64,000 bases of DNA from Gemmatimonadaceae bacterium (GCA_051859245.1 JBHYGA010000008.1:32001-96000), one strand, 5' to 3'; numbered from the stretch's first letter, positions 40,116 through 50,227 are shown. Program-made: numbers and translations. The notes: generated from the sequence alone by a model not told the origin.

Positions 40116-41906
40116 TCAGAATCGCGCTCCCAATCTGACAAACACGCGCGGCGTATTGCTGTCGCCTTGCAATGGCTGCGCGACATACACCCCAAGAATC
40201 CCAAAATCGAGGCCAACGCCAACATCGGAGCGGAAGCCATCGAACAGCGGCGCCGAACCACGCGGGTACGTGAGTTCGTTGTCGCCATTGCTGTCACGGT
40301 CGCCTACCAGCCAGCCGCGACCGCTGTTTGCAAAAATGATCCAGGTGCCGTCGGCGCGCAGTCCGTCGGCGTACCAGCGCCGTGCATCCGTACGCTCGTT
40401 GGCGCCGAACAGCGCAATGCGGAAGTCGCCCTTCCACTCCGCCTGCAGCAACATCATCGCGTCGCAACCGGCGGGTCGACCAGCGGCTGCGAACTCGGCT
40501 TGCGAGCGCACGTTGCACATGCCAACGTCAACATTGCCTTCGAGTGAGCGAAAGCCGTAGCCCGGCAGTGCATCAACGCCGCTCACCGAGAGTTTGCGCT
40601 GTGCTGGCAACGCATCGCCGTGCAAGAGGCCACCCGCAACAAGTCGCAGGTTCACGGAAGAATGCGGCGACACACGATTGTATCGTCGTGCGTCCACGAA
40701 CAGACGGCCGTACGTGATTTCAGGAACAGACAACGCGAGCACGGTGGTGTCGGCAGCACGCGTAATGTCCACGTGGCCGCGCTCATATTCGGCGCTCAGC
40801 AGCCAGCCATCGCGCGGTTGCAAGGGATCATTGCGCGTGTCGATCACGCCTTTCACACCGAACAGCGTCGCGGTGCCTTCGAGTGCGCCGGGATTCACGC
40901 GCCATTCGCGCCCACTGCGAAAGAGCGCCAACGGATCGCGCGCCTCGCGTGATTCCCATTCTTCGCGTCCGAGCGACAGTTGCACCTGCGAACCATTGGC
41001 ACCGGCGGCCCGCACAAACGCACTGCCGCCGAGCCGGTTGTAGTAGTCGCGGTAGTCGCGCGCGAACAGCAGTGAGGTGAGTCCGGTTTCCGCGTCGCCG
41101 AGCGACCAGCTTTCCACGGCTGCGACTTCATCCACATGTTGCGCGCCAAAGGCGATGTGCCGTGCATCGGTGCCTTCGCGGAACTCAGCGAGCAACTGAT
41201 GGCCGAGGTTTCTGCGCTCCCACGCGAGTCGATCGCCCGTTCGGAAGATGCCGAGCGCTTCGAACGTAGCGCGACTGGCGCCGCGGCTGAGTCGCAACCG
41301 GGGACCCGCGAGTATGGACAGCCCCTCGACACGATTGTACGTGTGCGCCGACGACACCAGCACATCGCGGAACGCATCCGACTTTCGCTTGCGCCACTCG
41401 GCGTAGCGAGAGAAGAACGTTTCGTTCTCGTCGGCGACCAGGCGGCCGTCCACCTCGCGGTACGCGAGTGCAGATCGCCACACCTGCAGCTCTCCATCAA
41501 CGCGCCCCTGTGATCGGCCAACCACCGTGCCGCCCACCACCACAATTGAACCTTGCACCACGGCCGTGGAATCCAGACGGAGGTCACCGTTGATCACCAC
41601 GAGATCACCGAGCACCGTGCCGCTGACAATGACCGGTCCTTGCAGCACACCAAGTGTGCGACGGACGGTATCAGAGGCGGTGATTGTGAAGCGGCCGCGT
41701 TCTCGCTGCGTGGTTGGCGCGTTCCAGGCTTCGACTACGGCGAGGGTGACCTGAGACGACAGCGGACCAACGCGCGGAGCGCCGCGCTCCTGCGCATCAA
41801 GCGACGTGGCGGACGCAGCGGCTGCGAGCAACGCACACGCGGTCAGCGTGAACAGGCGTATCCGCCACGTCGTGCTCCGAGGCGCCAGCGAGGCATTAGT
41901 TGTCAT
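40116..41906 (-). CDS. outer-membrane beta-barrel (BamA/TamA-like) with N-terminal polymer-forming/bactofilin-like repeats
   Basis: Signal peptide; V.GD.VV..G repeats; YNRVEGL, DTRND..P..GW, D.RRY; C-terminal RLGARF. Confidence 0.7.
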   Translation of the reverse strand: MTTNASLAPRSTTWRIRLFTLTACALLAAAASATSLDAQERGAPRVGPLSSQVTLAVVEAWNAPTTQRERGRFTITASDTVRRTLGVLQGPVIVSGTVLGDLVVINGDLRLDSTAVVQGSIVVVGGTVVGRSQGRVDGELQVWRSALAYREVDGRLVADENETFFSRYAEWRKRKSDAFRDVLVSSAHTYNRVEGLSILAGPRLRLSRGASRATFEALGIFRTGDRLAWERRNLGHQLLAEFREGTDARHIAFGAQHVDEVAAVESWSLGDAETGLTSLLFARDYRDYYNRLGGSAFVRAAGANGSQVQLSLGREEWESREARDPLALFRSGREWRVNPGALEGTATLFGVKGVIDTRNDPLQPRDGWLLSAEYERGHVDITRAADTTVLALSVPEITYGRLFVDARRYNRVSPHSSVNLRLVAGGLLHGDALPAQRKLSVSGVDALPGYGFRSLEGNVDVGMCNVRSQAEFAAAGRPAGCDAMMLLQAEWKGDFRIALFGANERTDARRWYADGLRADGTWIIFANSGRGWLVGDRDSNGDNELTYPRGSAPLFDGFRSDVGVGLDFGILGVYVAQPLQGDSNTPRVFVRLGARF

Positions 41907-43284
41907 TCGCGCCTCCCAATCCAAGCCGACGCATGCGCCGATACAGGTTCGGTCGATCGGTTTGCAGCCGTCGCGCCGCTTCGGCAATGTTGCCGCTGGA
42001 CGCGCTGAGCGCGCGCGTGATGAGCGAACGCTCGTATTCATCCAGCGCGTCGTTCAGACTGAGGCTCTCGCTCTCGTCACCAACCTGCGCAATGCGTGCG
42101 ACGGATGGTGGCGTTTGCATGCTGTCCGGCAATAAACGGCGCAGCTGGTCACCGGTGACCGCGCTGCCGGGATAGAGAATGGAAAGTCGTTCCACAATGT
42201 TGGCGAGTTCCCGGATATTTCCAGGCCAGGAGTAACTCGTCAGCACATGGATCACCTCGTTCGACCAGGCGCAGCACGTTTTCCCGGTGCGCGTTCTGTG
42301 GCGCTCCGCAAAGTGCTCAACCAGCAACGGAATGTCTGCAGGACGTTCCCGCAGTGGCGCCAGTTCAATTGGAATCACGTTCAAACGAAAGAGCAGATCC
42401 TCGCGAAAGGCGCCCTCTTTCACGGCTTTGTTGAGATCCTTGTTGGTGGCGGCAATAATGCGCACATCAATCTTGATGGGTTTGCCACCACCGACCCGTT
42501 CAATCTCGCGTGCTTCAATGGCGCGCAACAGTTTGGCCTGCGCCTCGAGGCCGAGGTCGCCCACTTCGTCGAGGAACAGTGTGCCGGTGTGTGCGAGTTC
42601 AAACCGACCAATGCGTCGCTCGGTGGCTCCGGTAAACGCACCGCGCTCATGGCCAAACATTTCGCTCTCGAGCAGATCGCGCGGAATGGCGGCGCAGTTC
42701 ACACGAATGAACGGCAGATCTCGACGCGGACTCGACGCATGCAGCGCGGCTGCGACGAGTTCCTTGCCGGTTCCGGATTCACCAGTCACGAGCACGCGTG
42801 CATCGGTGGGCCCGACCTGCGCAATGAGCTGACGCACCGCGCGGATCTGCGCGCTGTCGCCCACCATCTGCGACGTGAGCCCAAGATCTTCACGCAGCGA
42901 ACGCGCCGTGCGCCGCGCCTGGCGCAGTTCCAGCGCTGAACCCAGCGCCAACAACACACTTTCCGGCGTGAGTGGTTTTTCAAGGAACGTGAACGCGCCA
43001 AGTCGGGTGGCGCGCACGGCGTCGGTCAGCGCGGCGCGTCCGCTCATCATGACCACGGGCAAATCGGGCGAAATGCGACGCAACTGCTCAAGCAGCGCCA
43101 GTCCGTCCAACTCGCCGGGCATCATGAGGTCTACCAGCGCAATGTCCGGATCCTGCGCTTGTGCCATGGTCAGACCGGCGCGGCCATCCGGCGCATCGAG
43201 CACATCGTAGCCTTCGGCCGACAACAACGCGCCCACCATGCGACGAATGTTTGGTTCGTCATCAACAATCAAGACGCTGGGCAC
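41896..43284 (-). CDS. sigma54-dependent response regulator (NtrX/NtrC family)
   Basis: VLIVDDE receiver, TGESGTGKE, GAFTGA, LFLDEVG, WPGNIREL, Fis-type HTH. Confidence 0.95.
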   Translation of the reverse strand: MPSVLIVDDEPNIRRMVGALLSAEGYDVLDAPDGRAGLTMAQAQDPDIALVDLMMPGELDGLALLEQLRRISPDLPVVMMSGRAALTDAVRATRLGAFTFLEKPLTPESVLLALGSALELRQARRTARSLREDLGLTSQMVGDSAQIRAVRQLIAQVGPTDARVLVTGESGTGKELVAAALHASSPRRDLPFIRVNCAAIPRDLLESEMFGHERGAFTGATERRIGRFELAHTGTLFLDEVGDLGLEAQAKLLRAIEAREIERVGGGKPIKIDVRIIAATNKDLNKAVKEGAFREDLLFRLNVIPIELAPLRERPADIPLLVEHFAERHRTRTGKTCCAWSNEVIHVLTSYSWPGNIRELANIVERLSILYPGSAVTGDQLRRLLPDSMQTPPSVARIAQVGDESESLSLNDALDEYERSLITRALSASSGNIAEAARRLQTDRPNLYRRMRRLGLGGANDN

Positions 43285-43348
43285 TGCGGCCTCCCAGTCG
43301 CGTGTCGCAGTGTGTCGCATCCAACGGCAAAAATGCGCACGCGCGTTC

Positions 43349-44011
43349 TCACCCTCGGATTGCGTCAGAACGCTGCACGTTCGAGCTTGCGACGTCGCGG
43401 GCCATGGGTTCACGCCCATTCGCATCGTGGCGCGCCGAAAAATCGGGCGCGTTCACACGCTCCGTGAGCAGTCGCGTGGTGAAGCGATTGGCTTCACTCA
43501 TCTTTTCCATTTCAATGGCCACCGTGTCAATCGATTGTTCGATCGCATCCAGTCGACGCGCCACATCGTCAGGCGCTTTGCTGACGGTGCCGCGCCGATC
43601 AATCCAGCGCGCGATTGCGCGTCCGATGGGGAACGCCATGATGATGCCGATCAGTCCGATCACGCTGATGAACAGAATTTCCGGCACCTGCGGTGGAATC
43701 ACATTGTTCGCGTCGTATGGGACAACGGTCACGGCACCGTCGGGACTCGTTTGCACAATCTCGAGTCCATCGGGTCCAACACGGATGTCGAAATCATTAC
43801 CGCCGGGTGGAACCGGCGGTGCCGGGACTTCCTGCAGCGCTTCGAGTCGCGCCATCTCGGCTTCCGTGCGTGCTTCCTGCGCCGCTTCGCGCGCGGCTTG
43901 CATCGCTTCCTGAATGGTCTGCCGAATTTCTTCTTGATTGGTACGCGGCGCCTGCGCAGGCTGTCCTTGCTGCAATACGGGTGCGCTTGATGGGAGTGTA
44001 AGGCGATTCAT
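43349..44011 (-). CDS. hypothetical single-TM protein with coiled coils
   Basis: Host-like codons; ATGA overlap with the kinase; TM followed by RLDAIEQSIDTVAIEMEKMSEANRF. Confidence 0.7.
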   Translation of the reverse strand: MNRLTLPSSAPVLQQGQPAQAPRTNQEEIRQTIQEAMQAAREAAQEARTEAEMARLEALQEVPAPPVPPGGNDFDIRVGPDGLEIVQTSPDGAVTVVPYDANNVIPPQVPEILFISVIGLIGIIMAFPIGRAIARWIDRRGTVSKAPDDVARRLDAIEQSIDTVAIEMEKMSEANRFTTRLLTERVNAPDFSARHDANGREPMARDVASSNVQRSDAIRG

Positions 44012-45375
44012 GCGTGCGCTCCGGAAAGTGACGACTCAGACGAAACAGGAATGCCGCGCGCCGGAATGCGAAACCGGACTTCCGTGCCGCGACCAACAGT
44101 GCTCTCAGCTTCTACGACGCCGCGATGCGCGGATATCGTTTGTCGTGCGATTGCGAGACCCAGCCCCGTGCCGCCGGGTTTTGTGGTGACATACGGATCA
44201 AACATGCGATCGAGGACCTGCGCCTCAATGCCGGGACCGGAGTCACGGACTGCAACACAGACGGCCGGTTCGCCCGCGAGCTCGTCAGCGTCAACGCGCA
44301 CGGTAATGACGCCGGCCGCAGGACAGACGTCGACCGCATTGATGAGCACGTTCGTTACCGCCCGCACGAGCGCGTCGTGAAAACCGCGTACGAGCGGAAG
44401 GTCGCTCGCGATCTCGCGCACGAGCGTAATGCGCTCCGGAACAGTGGATTCGGCCGCACGCGACACGAGATCGCCCACGTCGACATCCGCCGCTGGCCCA
44501 TCGGGCAACCGACCGAACTGGGCAAATGACCGGGCCATGGTTTCAAGTCGCGCCGACTCTTCGGCCAGCACTTCAACCGTGTCGTGCAGTTCGGGCGGTG
44601 CGCCACGTCGCAGTCGATCCACGGCGAAGCGAATGGGTGTGAGCGGGTTCTTGAGCTCGTGGGCGAAGCGACGCGCGCTTTCGCGAAACGCTTCAGCGCG
44701 TTCCGCCGCGAGCGCCTGTTGTCGACCCTGCTCCAGTTCGTTCGCCATGGTGCGCATGCCGGTGCGGAGCACTTCGAACTCGGGTGCGCCCTTTCTCGCA
44801 GTAGCCGCGGGCAGTTGGCTGCCCGAACGGATGAGCCCCGTCCAACCGACGAGTTCATCGAGCGGCCGACTGAGCTGACGTGCGAGGTGACCGGCCACGC
44901 GAGACGCGCCAAGGGCCACGCCGAACAGCAGGACAAAGGCGCCAAGCCCGATAAGCTGGACGGCTTGCGGAACCACAAATCCGAAGCGCTTGGCCATTTC
45001 GAGCGAGCGGCGGAGTTCGGATTCATGGGTTCGCAGAGCCTCGCGCTGAGCATCAGTGAGTGGCGCGTCGGCGAGCGCGGAGATGGCGCGCTCCCCACTG
45101 CTGCCTACCCGCTCCCAGGCCGACGTGGCACCGACCAGTGGCAAGGCTCGGCTGGTGGTGATCACCCACGCTGCGGTGAGCAGAATCGAGGGGACGACCG
45201 CGAAGAGCAGCAGCACCGCGAACAAACGCGTCCGGAACGGCGTGTGGGCGCGTTTGGGAACGCGCGCACCGACCGACTGACTCGCGTGGGAGTCCGTACG
45301 GCGCCCGTTGGAGGGCGGTTTCGGGGAGGGCGTGTGTGGATCCAACCCGGTGGTCGGCTTCCGCATCTCGTTCAT
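44008..45375 (-). CDS. HAMP sensor histidine kinase (NtrY-like)
   Basis: 2 TM, HAMP, AHELKNPLTPI, NA, DSGPG, GTGLGL; TAAATT 7 nt before ATG 45375. Confidence 0.93.
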   Translation of the reverse strand: MNEMRKPTTGLDPHTPSPKPPSNGRRTDSHASQSVGARVPKRAHTPFRTRLFAVLLLFAVVPSILLTAAWVITTSRALPLVGATSAWERVGSSGERAISALADAPLTDAQREALRTHESELRRSLEMAKRFGFVVPQAVQLIGLGAFVLLFGVALGASRVAGHLARQLSRPLDELVGWTGLIRSGSQLPAATARKGAPEFEVLRTGMRTMANELEQGRQQALAAERAEAFRESARRFAHELKNPLTPIRFAVDRLRRGAPPELHDTVEVLAEESARLETMARSFAQFGRLPDGPAADVDVGDLVSRAAESTVPERITLVREIASDLPLVRGFHDALVRAVTNVLINAVDVCPAAGVITVRVDADELAGEPAVCVAVRDSGPGIEAQVLDRMFDPYVTTKPGGTGLGLAIARQTISAHRGVVEAESTVGRGTEVRFRIPARGIPVSSESSLSGAHA

Positions 45376-45419
45376 GGCTGGTAATTTACATGATTGTGTT
45401 GTCTCATGACCGGAGCGGA

Positions 45420-46997
45420 ATGCCAAACCAGTGGACCCTGACCACCCTATTCGAATCGCGCGTCCGGGAATTCCCGGATCGATTCGTTGTTGTGGCAGGT
45501 GATCGGTCGCATTCGTTCCAACAGGTGGACGCGCAGGCGTCGGCACTCGCCGCCGCGTTCGCGGAACTTGGCATTGAGCACGGTGATCGTGTCGCCGTGA
45601 ACTTGCCCAACGGGGTGGAGTGGCTCATCACCCTGGTTGCGTGCGCCAAACTTGGCGCCGCTGTGGTTCCGATCAGCCCGCAGCTCAACATTCACGAGTT
45701 GCGTTATCAGCTGCGTCATGCCGAAGCGAGTCTCGTCGTCACGATTGAACGACTCGATGGCGTGGATTTTCTGCAGCGTTTTGAAGACGTGCTCGCCGAT
45801 CTTCCTGATCTGCAGTACGTGGTCACCGTGGGCGAAGAAGATCTGTGGTACGACGATCGCATTTTTCAGTTCGAGGATTTGCTCTCGAGCGGAACGGGAC
45901 GTCCGGTTCCGATGGTGTCGTGCACAGATGATGACGATCTGGCGGTGATTTATACGTCGGGTTTGTCGGGTAAGCCAAAGGGTGTGCGCCTGAGCCACCG
46001 GGCATTGCTCGAAAACGCCGCTTTGACAGGCGACGTTCTTGAACTGTCACCCGATGATCGGGTGCTGACGCCGGTGCCATTTTTTACCGTGTTTGGATTT
46101 TCGGTGATGGTAGGGGCGATCAAGGCTGGTGCACCGTTGGTTGTCACGCCGCACTTTGACGCACGCGACACGTTGCGTGTGATTGAGACCCAGCGAGTCT
46201 CGGTGTTGTACGGTGTGCCCACCATGTGGCAGTTGCTGATGCGTGACTCGACGTTCTCACCGGCGCGTGTGCAGTCGCTGCGCACGGGTGTGATTGCCGG
46301 AACCGATGTCGCAGAAGATCTCGTGCAGCGCGTGCGCCAATGGTGCAATGTGCTGGTTGCGTACGGGCTGACGGAAACCGGGCCCACCGTAACGATCACG
46401 CGTTTCTCTGATGACGACGAACAGCGTGTGAGCAGTGTAGGTCGCGCCCTTCCGGGTGTGGAGGTGATGGCGGTAGACGTTGTCACCGGAGTGTTGCACG
46501 GGCCCGAAGCCGTCGGCGAAATCGCTGTACGTGGGCCGTTTCTCATGCGCGGGTATCTGCGCATGCCGGCCGAAACCGCCAAGGTTCACACGCCGGAAGG
46601 ATTCTTTCTCACCGGTGATCTCGGCATCATCGACGAGGAAGGATACGTTCGCATCGTTGGTCGCCGTCGGGACACCATCGCGCGCGGAGGATTCCAAGTG
46701 TATCCCCGTGAGGTGGAAGACCGGCTTCGCGCGCATCCAGCGGTAGACGATGTCTGCGTCATCGGTATTCCCCATGAGGTGCTGGGGGAGCAGGTGTGCG
46801 CATGCATCGTGCCCATTGAGGGCGCAGTCATCACGGGACGCGACATCATACTGTTCGCGCGCGACGTCATGGCTGAATACAAAGTTCCCGATCTCGTGCG
46901 CTTCTACGATGCTTTCCCCATGACGGGGAGTGGCAAGGTGAGGCGGCGCGAGCTAGCGCGGTCAATCGCGCTCGAACTCTCCGCATCGTACACCTGA
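45420..46997 (+). CDS. class I adenylate-forming enzyme (acyl-CoA synthetase)
   Basis: YTSG..GKPKG, YGLTE, TGDLG, YKVP, GSGKV; GGAG SD. Confidence 0.92.
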   Translation: MPNQWTLTTLFESRVREFPDRFVVVAGDRSHSFQQVDAQASALAAAFAELGIEHGDRVAVNLPNGVEWLITLVACAKLGAAVVPISPQLNIHELRYQLRHAEASLVVTIERLDGVDFLQRFEDVLADLPDLQYVVTVGEEDLWYDDRIFQFEDLLSSGTGRPVPMVSCTDDDDLAVIYTSGLSGKPKGVRLSHRALLENAALTGDVLELSPDDRVLTPVPFFTVFGFSVMVGAIKAGAPLVVTPHFDARDTLRVIETQRVSVLYGVPTMWQLLMRDSTFSPARVQSLRTGVIAGTDVAEDLVQRVRQWCNVLVAYGLTETGPTVTITRFSDDDEQRVSSVGRALPGVEVMAVDVVTGVLHGPEAVGEIAVRGPFLMRGYLRMPAETAKVHTPEGFFLTGDLGIIDEEGYVRIVGRRRDTIARGGFQVYPREVEDRLRAHPAVDDVCVIGIPHEVLGEQVCACIVPIEGAVITGRDIILFARDVMAEYKVPDLVRFYDAFPMTGSGKVRRRELARSIALELSASYT

Positions 46998-47001
46998 GTC
47001 C

Positions 47002-49101
47002 ATGTCTCCTCGTCATTTACGTCCGTCTGCTCCACCTCGCCGTCCCGTCGCGCCGCTGCATCGCGGACCGCAGGCCGCTCCGATTTCTGCCTCCATGAGT
47101 TCGAACGTTGTCGGAGGCGCACCGCCGCATCAGGCGCCCAACGCCGCCATGCTCATCGATTTTGACAACGTCACGATGGGTATTCGCTCCGACCTGCAGG
47201 AAGAGCTCAAGAATCTGCTCTCGTCGGACATCATCAAAGGCAAAGTGGCCGTGCGTCGTGCCTACGCCGACTGGCGCCGCTATCCGCAGTACATCGTGCC
47301 GCTCACCGAAGCGTCGATCGATCTGATCTTTGCACCGGCGTATGGTTCGGCCAAAAAGAACGCCACCGATATTCGACTTGCCATCGACGCGCTTGAGCTC
47401 GTGTTCACGCGTCCTGAAATCGGCACGTTTGTATTGCTCTCCGGCGATTCCGATTTCTCGAGCATGGTGATCAAGCTCAAGGAGTACGGCAAGTACGTGA
47501 TCGGCGTGGGCATTCGCGAATCGTCGAGCGATTTGCTGGTGATGAATTGCGACGAGTACTACTCGTACAACGCACTCGCCGGTCTAGTGCGCAACAGCGA
47601 TGAAGAAGCAGTGCGCTGGGATCCGTGGGAGTTGGTGACGGAAGCCGTGCAGCGCATGAAGCGTAACGGTGATGTCATGCGCTCCGATCGCCTCAAGCAG
47701 GTGATGCAGGAAATCGACGCACAGTTCGACGAGAAAAATCTCGGCATGCCGAAGTTCTCGCGTTTTGTGCAGGAAGCACAGGCGAAGGGTTTGGTGACGG
47801 TCACCAAACTTGAGAACGGACAGCTGGAAATTGGTGTACCGGTGAGCGCAGTCGCGGCGACTGACGCGCCTGTTGCCGTTGCCGGTGTCGCTCCTGTGGA
47901 AGGCGCGGACGTCGAAACGCGTGAAGCACGCGAAGAGCGCGAAGAGCGTCGCGGTGGCCGTCGTGGTCGTCGTGGTCGTGGACGTGATCGTGAGCGTGAG
48001 CCACGTGGTGCGGAAAGCAGTGACGACACGGCGCCTGCCGCGGCCGGTGCAACGGCCGCTGCTGCTCCAGCGGCGCCCGTCGTTGACGCCAGCGCACCGC
48101 TCGGTTCAGTCGCGCGCGTTGGTGCGGTACGCCCGCCGGTTGCGGCGCCTGTTGCCCCAGCTGCTGCCGCACCTGCCGCTGACGCGCCGGTTGTCTCGCC
48201 GCCGCGCGACATGATTCGTGTGTCGCCGGAAAATGATACGATCGGCTTGTCGGGTGAAAAACTCACGCGCGCCGAAGCGTTTGATCTGGTGCAGCGTGCC
48301 GTCGCCTCACTCGTGAAGGGTGTGCAAACGACCACCGCGGTGAAGGTGCGCAAGAAGTCGTTCGAGTTGCTCGGCCGCGACTCCGAAACGCTGGCCGCGC
48401 GCATGTTCGAGCGCATTCTGCGTGACGCGCATGATGCTGACGTGATTGATTTGCGTCGTCGTGGTGATGATTACGAAGTCGGTCGCGTTGCAGAAGCCGC
48501 CACGATTTCCGATCAGCTCGCGAAGAAGGAAGCCGAGATCGTGCAGGAACAGAAGGCGGCCAAGATTGCGAGTGGCACGGCCGGTCCGAGCGGACTTGGC
48601 ACGCGTGGTCGTGCACCGGCGCGCGGTGGATCGCGTGGTGGTCCGCCGCCGGAGTTGTTGATGGTTGGTGTGGTGTCGCAGTCGTCGAGCGCAGCGGCAG
48701 CCGCCGCGGCGAAGCCGGTTGTACCAGCGACACCGGTTGTGGCTGCTCCAGTTGCATCCGCGCCGGTTGCGGCAGCGCCAATCGTTGAAGAGAAGGCCGA
48801 GCCGAAGGTCGACGCGAAGCCTGCGCGTGGTGGCAAGCCCGCAGCCAAGGCTCCGGCCAAGGCTGCAGCGCGCACGGAGCCGCGTACATCGGTGGCAACC
48901 AAGCCAGCCAAGGCAGCCAAGGCTCCGGCCAAGACTGCGGCCAAGGCACCAGCCAAGGCACCAGCCAAAGCACCGGCCAAGACCGCGGCCAAGGCTGCGC
49001 CCAAGCCAGCTGCGAAGTCTCCGGCGAAGGCCGCGGCCAAGCCAGCAAAGTCGGCCGCCAAGGCGCCCGCGAAGAAAGCGGCGAAGAAGGCCGCGAAGTA
49101 G
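47002..49101 (+). CDS. NYN (LabA/DUF88) nuclease with OST-HTH-like domains and Lys/Ala/Pro tail
   Basis: IDFDN, AYADW, KNATD..L.IDA, LSGDSDF; FDEKNLG..KFS; C-terminal AKAPAK repeats; start could be 47095. Confidence 0.88.
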   Translation: MSPRHLRPSAPPRRPVAPLHRGPQAAPISASMSSNVVGGAPPHQAPNAAMLIDFDNVTMGIRSDLQEELKNLLSSDIIKGKVAVRRAYADWRRYPQYIVPLTEASIDLIFAPAYGSAKKNATDIRLAIDALELVFTRPEIGTFVLLSGDSDFSSMVIKLKEYGKYVIGVGIRESSSDLLVMNCDEYYSYNALAGLVRNSDEEAVRWDPWELVTEAVQRMKRNGDVMRSDRLKQVMQEIDAQFDEKNLGMPKFSRFVQEAQAKGLVTVTKLENGQLEIGVPVSAVAATDAPVAVAGVAPVEGADVETREAREEREERRGGRRGRRGRGRDREREPRGAESSDDTAPAAAGATAAAAPAAPVVDASAPLGSVARVGAVRPPVAAPVAPAAAAPAADAPVVSPPRDMIRVSPENDTIGLSGEKLTRAEAFDLVQRAVASLVKGVQTTTAVKVRKKSFELLGRDSETLAARMFERILRDAHDADVIDLRRRGDDYEVGRVAEAATISDQLAKKEAEIVQEQKAAKIASGTAGPSGLGTRGRAPARGGSRGGPPPELLMVGVVSQSSSAAAAAAAKPVVPATPVVAAPVASAPVAAAPIVEEKAEPKVDAKPARGGKPAAKAPAKAAARTEPRTSVATKPAKAAKAPAKTAAKAPAKAPAKAPAKTAAKAAPKPAAKSPAKAAAKPAKSAAKAPAKKAAKKAAK

Positions 49102-49129
49102 TTCGACGCGGTCGCTTCGTTTTGTGCGC

Positions 49130-49178
49130 GAACCGCGCAATACCCCCGGTGTACTTGCCGGGTGGTATTGCGCGGTTC
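49130..49178 (+). terminator. long hairpin after the NYN gene, probable terminator
   Basis: GAACCGCGCAATACC..GGTATTGCGCGGTTC stem followed by CACGTTTT. Confidence 0.6.
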
Positions 49179-49200
49179 CACGTTTTCGCGGTTGCAGTTG

Positions 49201-49416
49201 CTGATGCGTCCATTCGGCCGCTCTGGAAGGAGCTCAGGGCCATTTGGCCTTTCGACAAATCATTTTCGTACGACGGCGTGGAGCACCAGCGCTGGTTGAC
49301 CACCTCGTGGTATTACACAGCCCGACATCGCTGCTGAGTGCACCTTTTCGAAACACGTTCGCCGAACGGCCAAATGGCCCTGGGCTCCTTCCAGAGCGGC
49401 CGAATGGACGAATCAG
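49201..49416. repeat. long-hairpin element, copy A
   Basis: ~54-bp imperfect terminal inverted arms; homologous to 61456-61674. Confidence 0.85.
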
Positions 49417-49531
49417 ACCGCATGTTGACGCAAGTTCGTTTCGTGTAACCGAGAGGCTGTGATGCAGCAGCGGAATCTTGCGTTGATGTTGGCACTCTTT
49501 CTCCCCACGCCCACGCTACACTCGCACTCTG

Positions 49532-50227
49532 GTGCAGGTGAATAATCGCCTCGCACTTCCGCGCGAGTTCTACGATCGCGATGCCGACCTCGTCGCGCGC
49601 GACTTGCTCGGCGCCGAGCTGCGGTTTGCATCGCCCGACGGTGTGACGAGTGGTGTGATCGTGGAGACGGAGGCGTACCTTGGTCCGCACGATCCGGCGT
49701 GTCACGCGGTGGTCGGTCGCACCGCTCGCACCTGGCATCTGTTCGGACCGCCCGGCACGGCCTACGTGTATTTCGTGTACGGCATGCACTGGTGTGTGAA
49801 TGCGGTCACGCGTGAAGACGGGTTCGGTAGTGCCGTACTCATTCGTGCGGTGCAGCCGGTGGAGGGAATTGCGATCATGCGCCAGCGTCGCGTGAAGGCG
49901 CGTCGTGATGTGGACCTGTGCAACGGCCCGGCGAAGTTGTGCGAAGCGTTTGGTATTACGCGGGCGCAGGACGGTGTATCGCTCGTTGAGAGCGAGCTGC
50001 AGATTGGTGCCGGAACGTATGTGCCTGACGCGCAGGTGATTGTGGGTCCACGCGTTGGGATCAGTAAGGCAGTGGACTGGCCGCTGCGGTTTCGGGTTCG
50101 CGCGGATCGCGGGGTAACGGCAACGCCAACTGCAAAAGCCACTGCAAAAGCCACTGCAAAAGCCACAGCCGGGGCCCGTCGGCGCGTTGCACCGACGGGC
50201 CAAGGACACGAAAACAGCAACAGATAA
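49532..50227 (+). CDS. mpg: 3-methyladenine DNA glycosylase (AAG/MPG family)
   Basis: VARDLLG, IVETEAY, YVYFVYGMHWC.N, AVLIRA, NGPAKL, PRVGI. Confidence 0.93.
   Translation: MQVNNRLALPREFYDRDADLVARDLLGAELRFASPDGVTSGVIVETEAYLGPHDPACHAVVGRTARTWHLFGPPGTAYVYFVYGMHWCVNAVTREDGFGSAVLIRAVQPVEGIAIMRQRRVKARRDVDLCNGPAKLCEAFGITRAQDGVSLVESELQIGAGTYVPDAQVIVGPRVGISKAVDWPLRFRVRADRGVTATPTAKATAKATAKATAGARRRVAPTGQGHENSNR
50129..50164 (+). repeat. 3 x ACTGCAAAAGCC tandem repeat
   Basis: Exact 12-bp units at 50129, 50141, 50153. Confidence 0.95.

Noticed and set aside
49201..49416. Long hairpins as retron msr-msd, integron attC sites or classical MITEs
   Set aside because: No reverse transcriptase or integrase in the window, no RYYYAAC/GTTRRRY ends and no target-site duplication; cannot be excluded genome-wide
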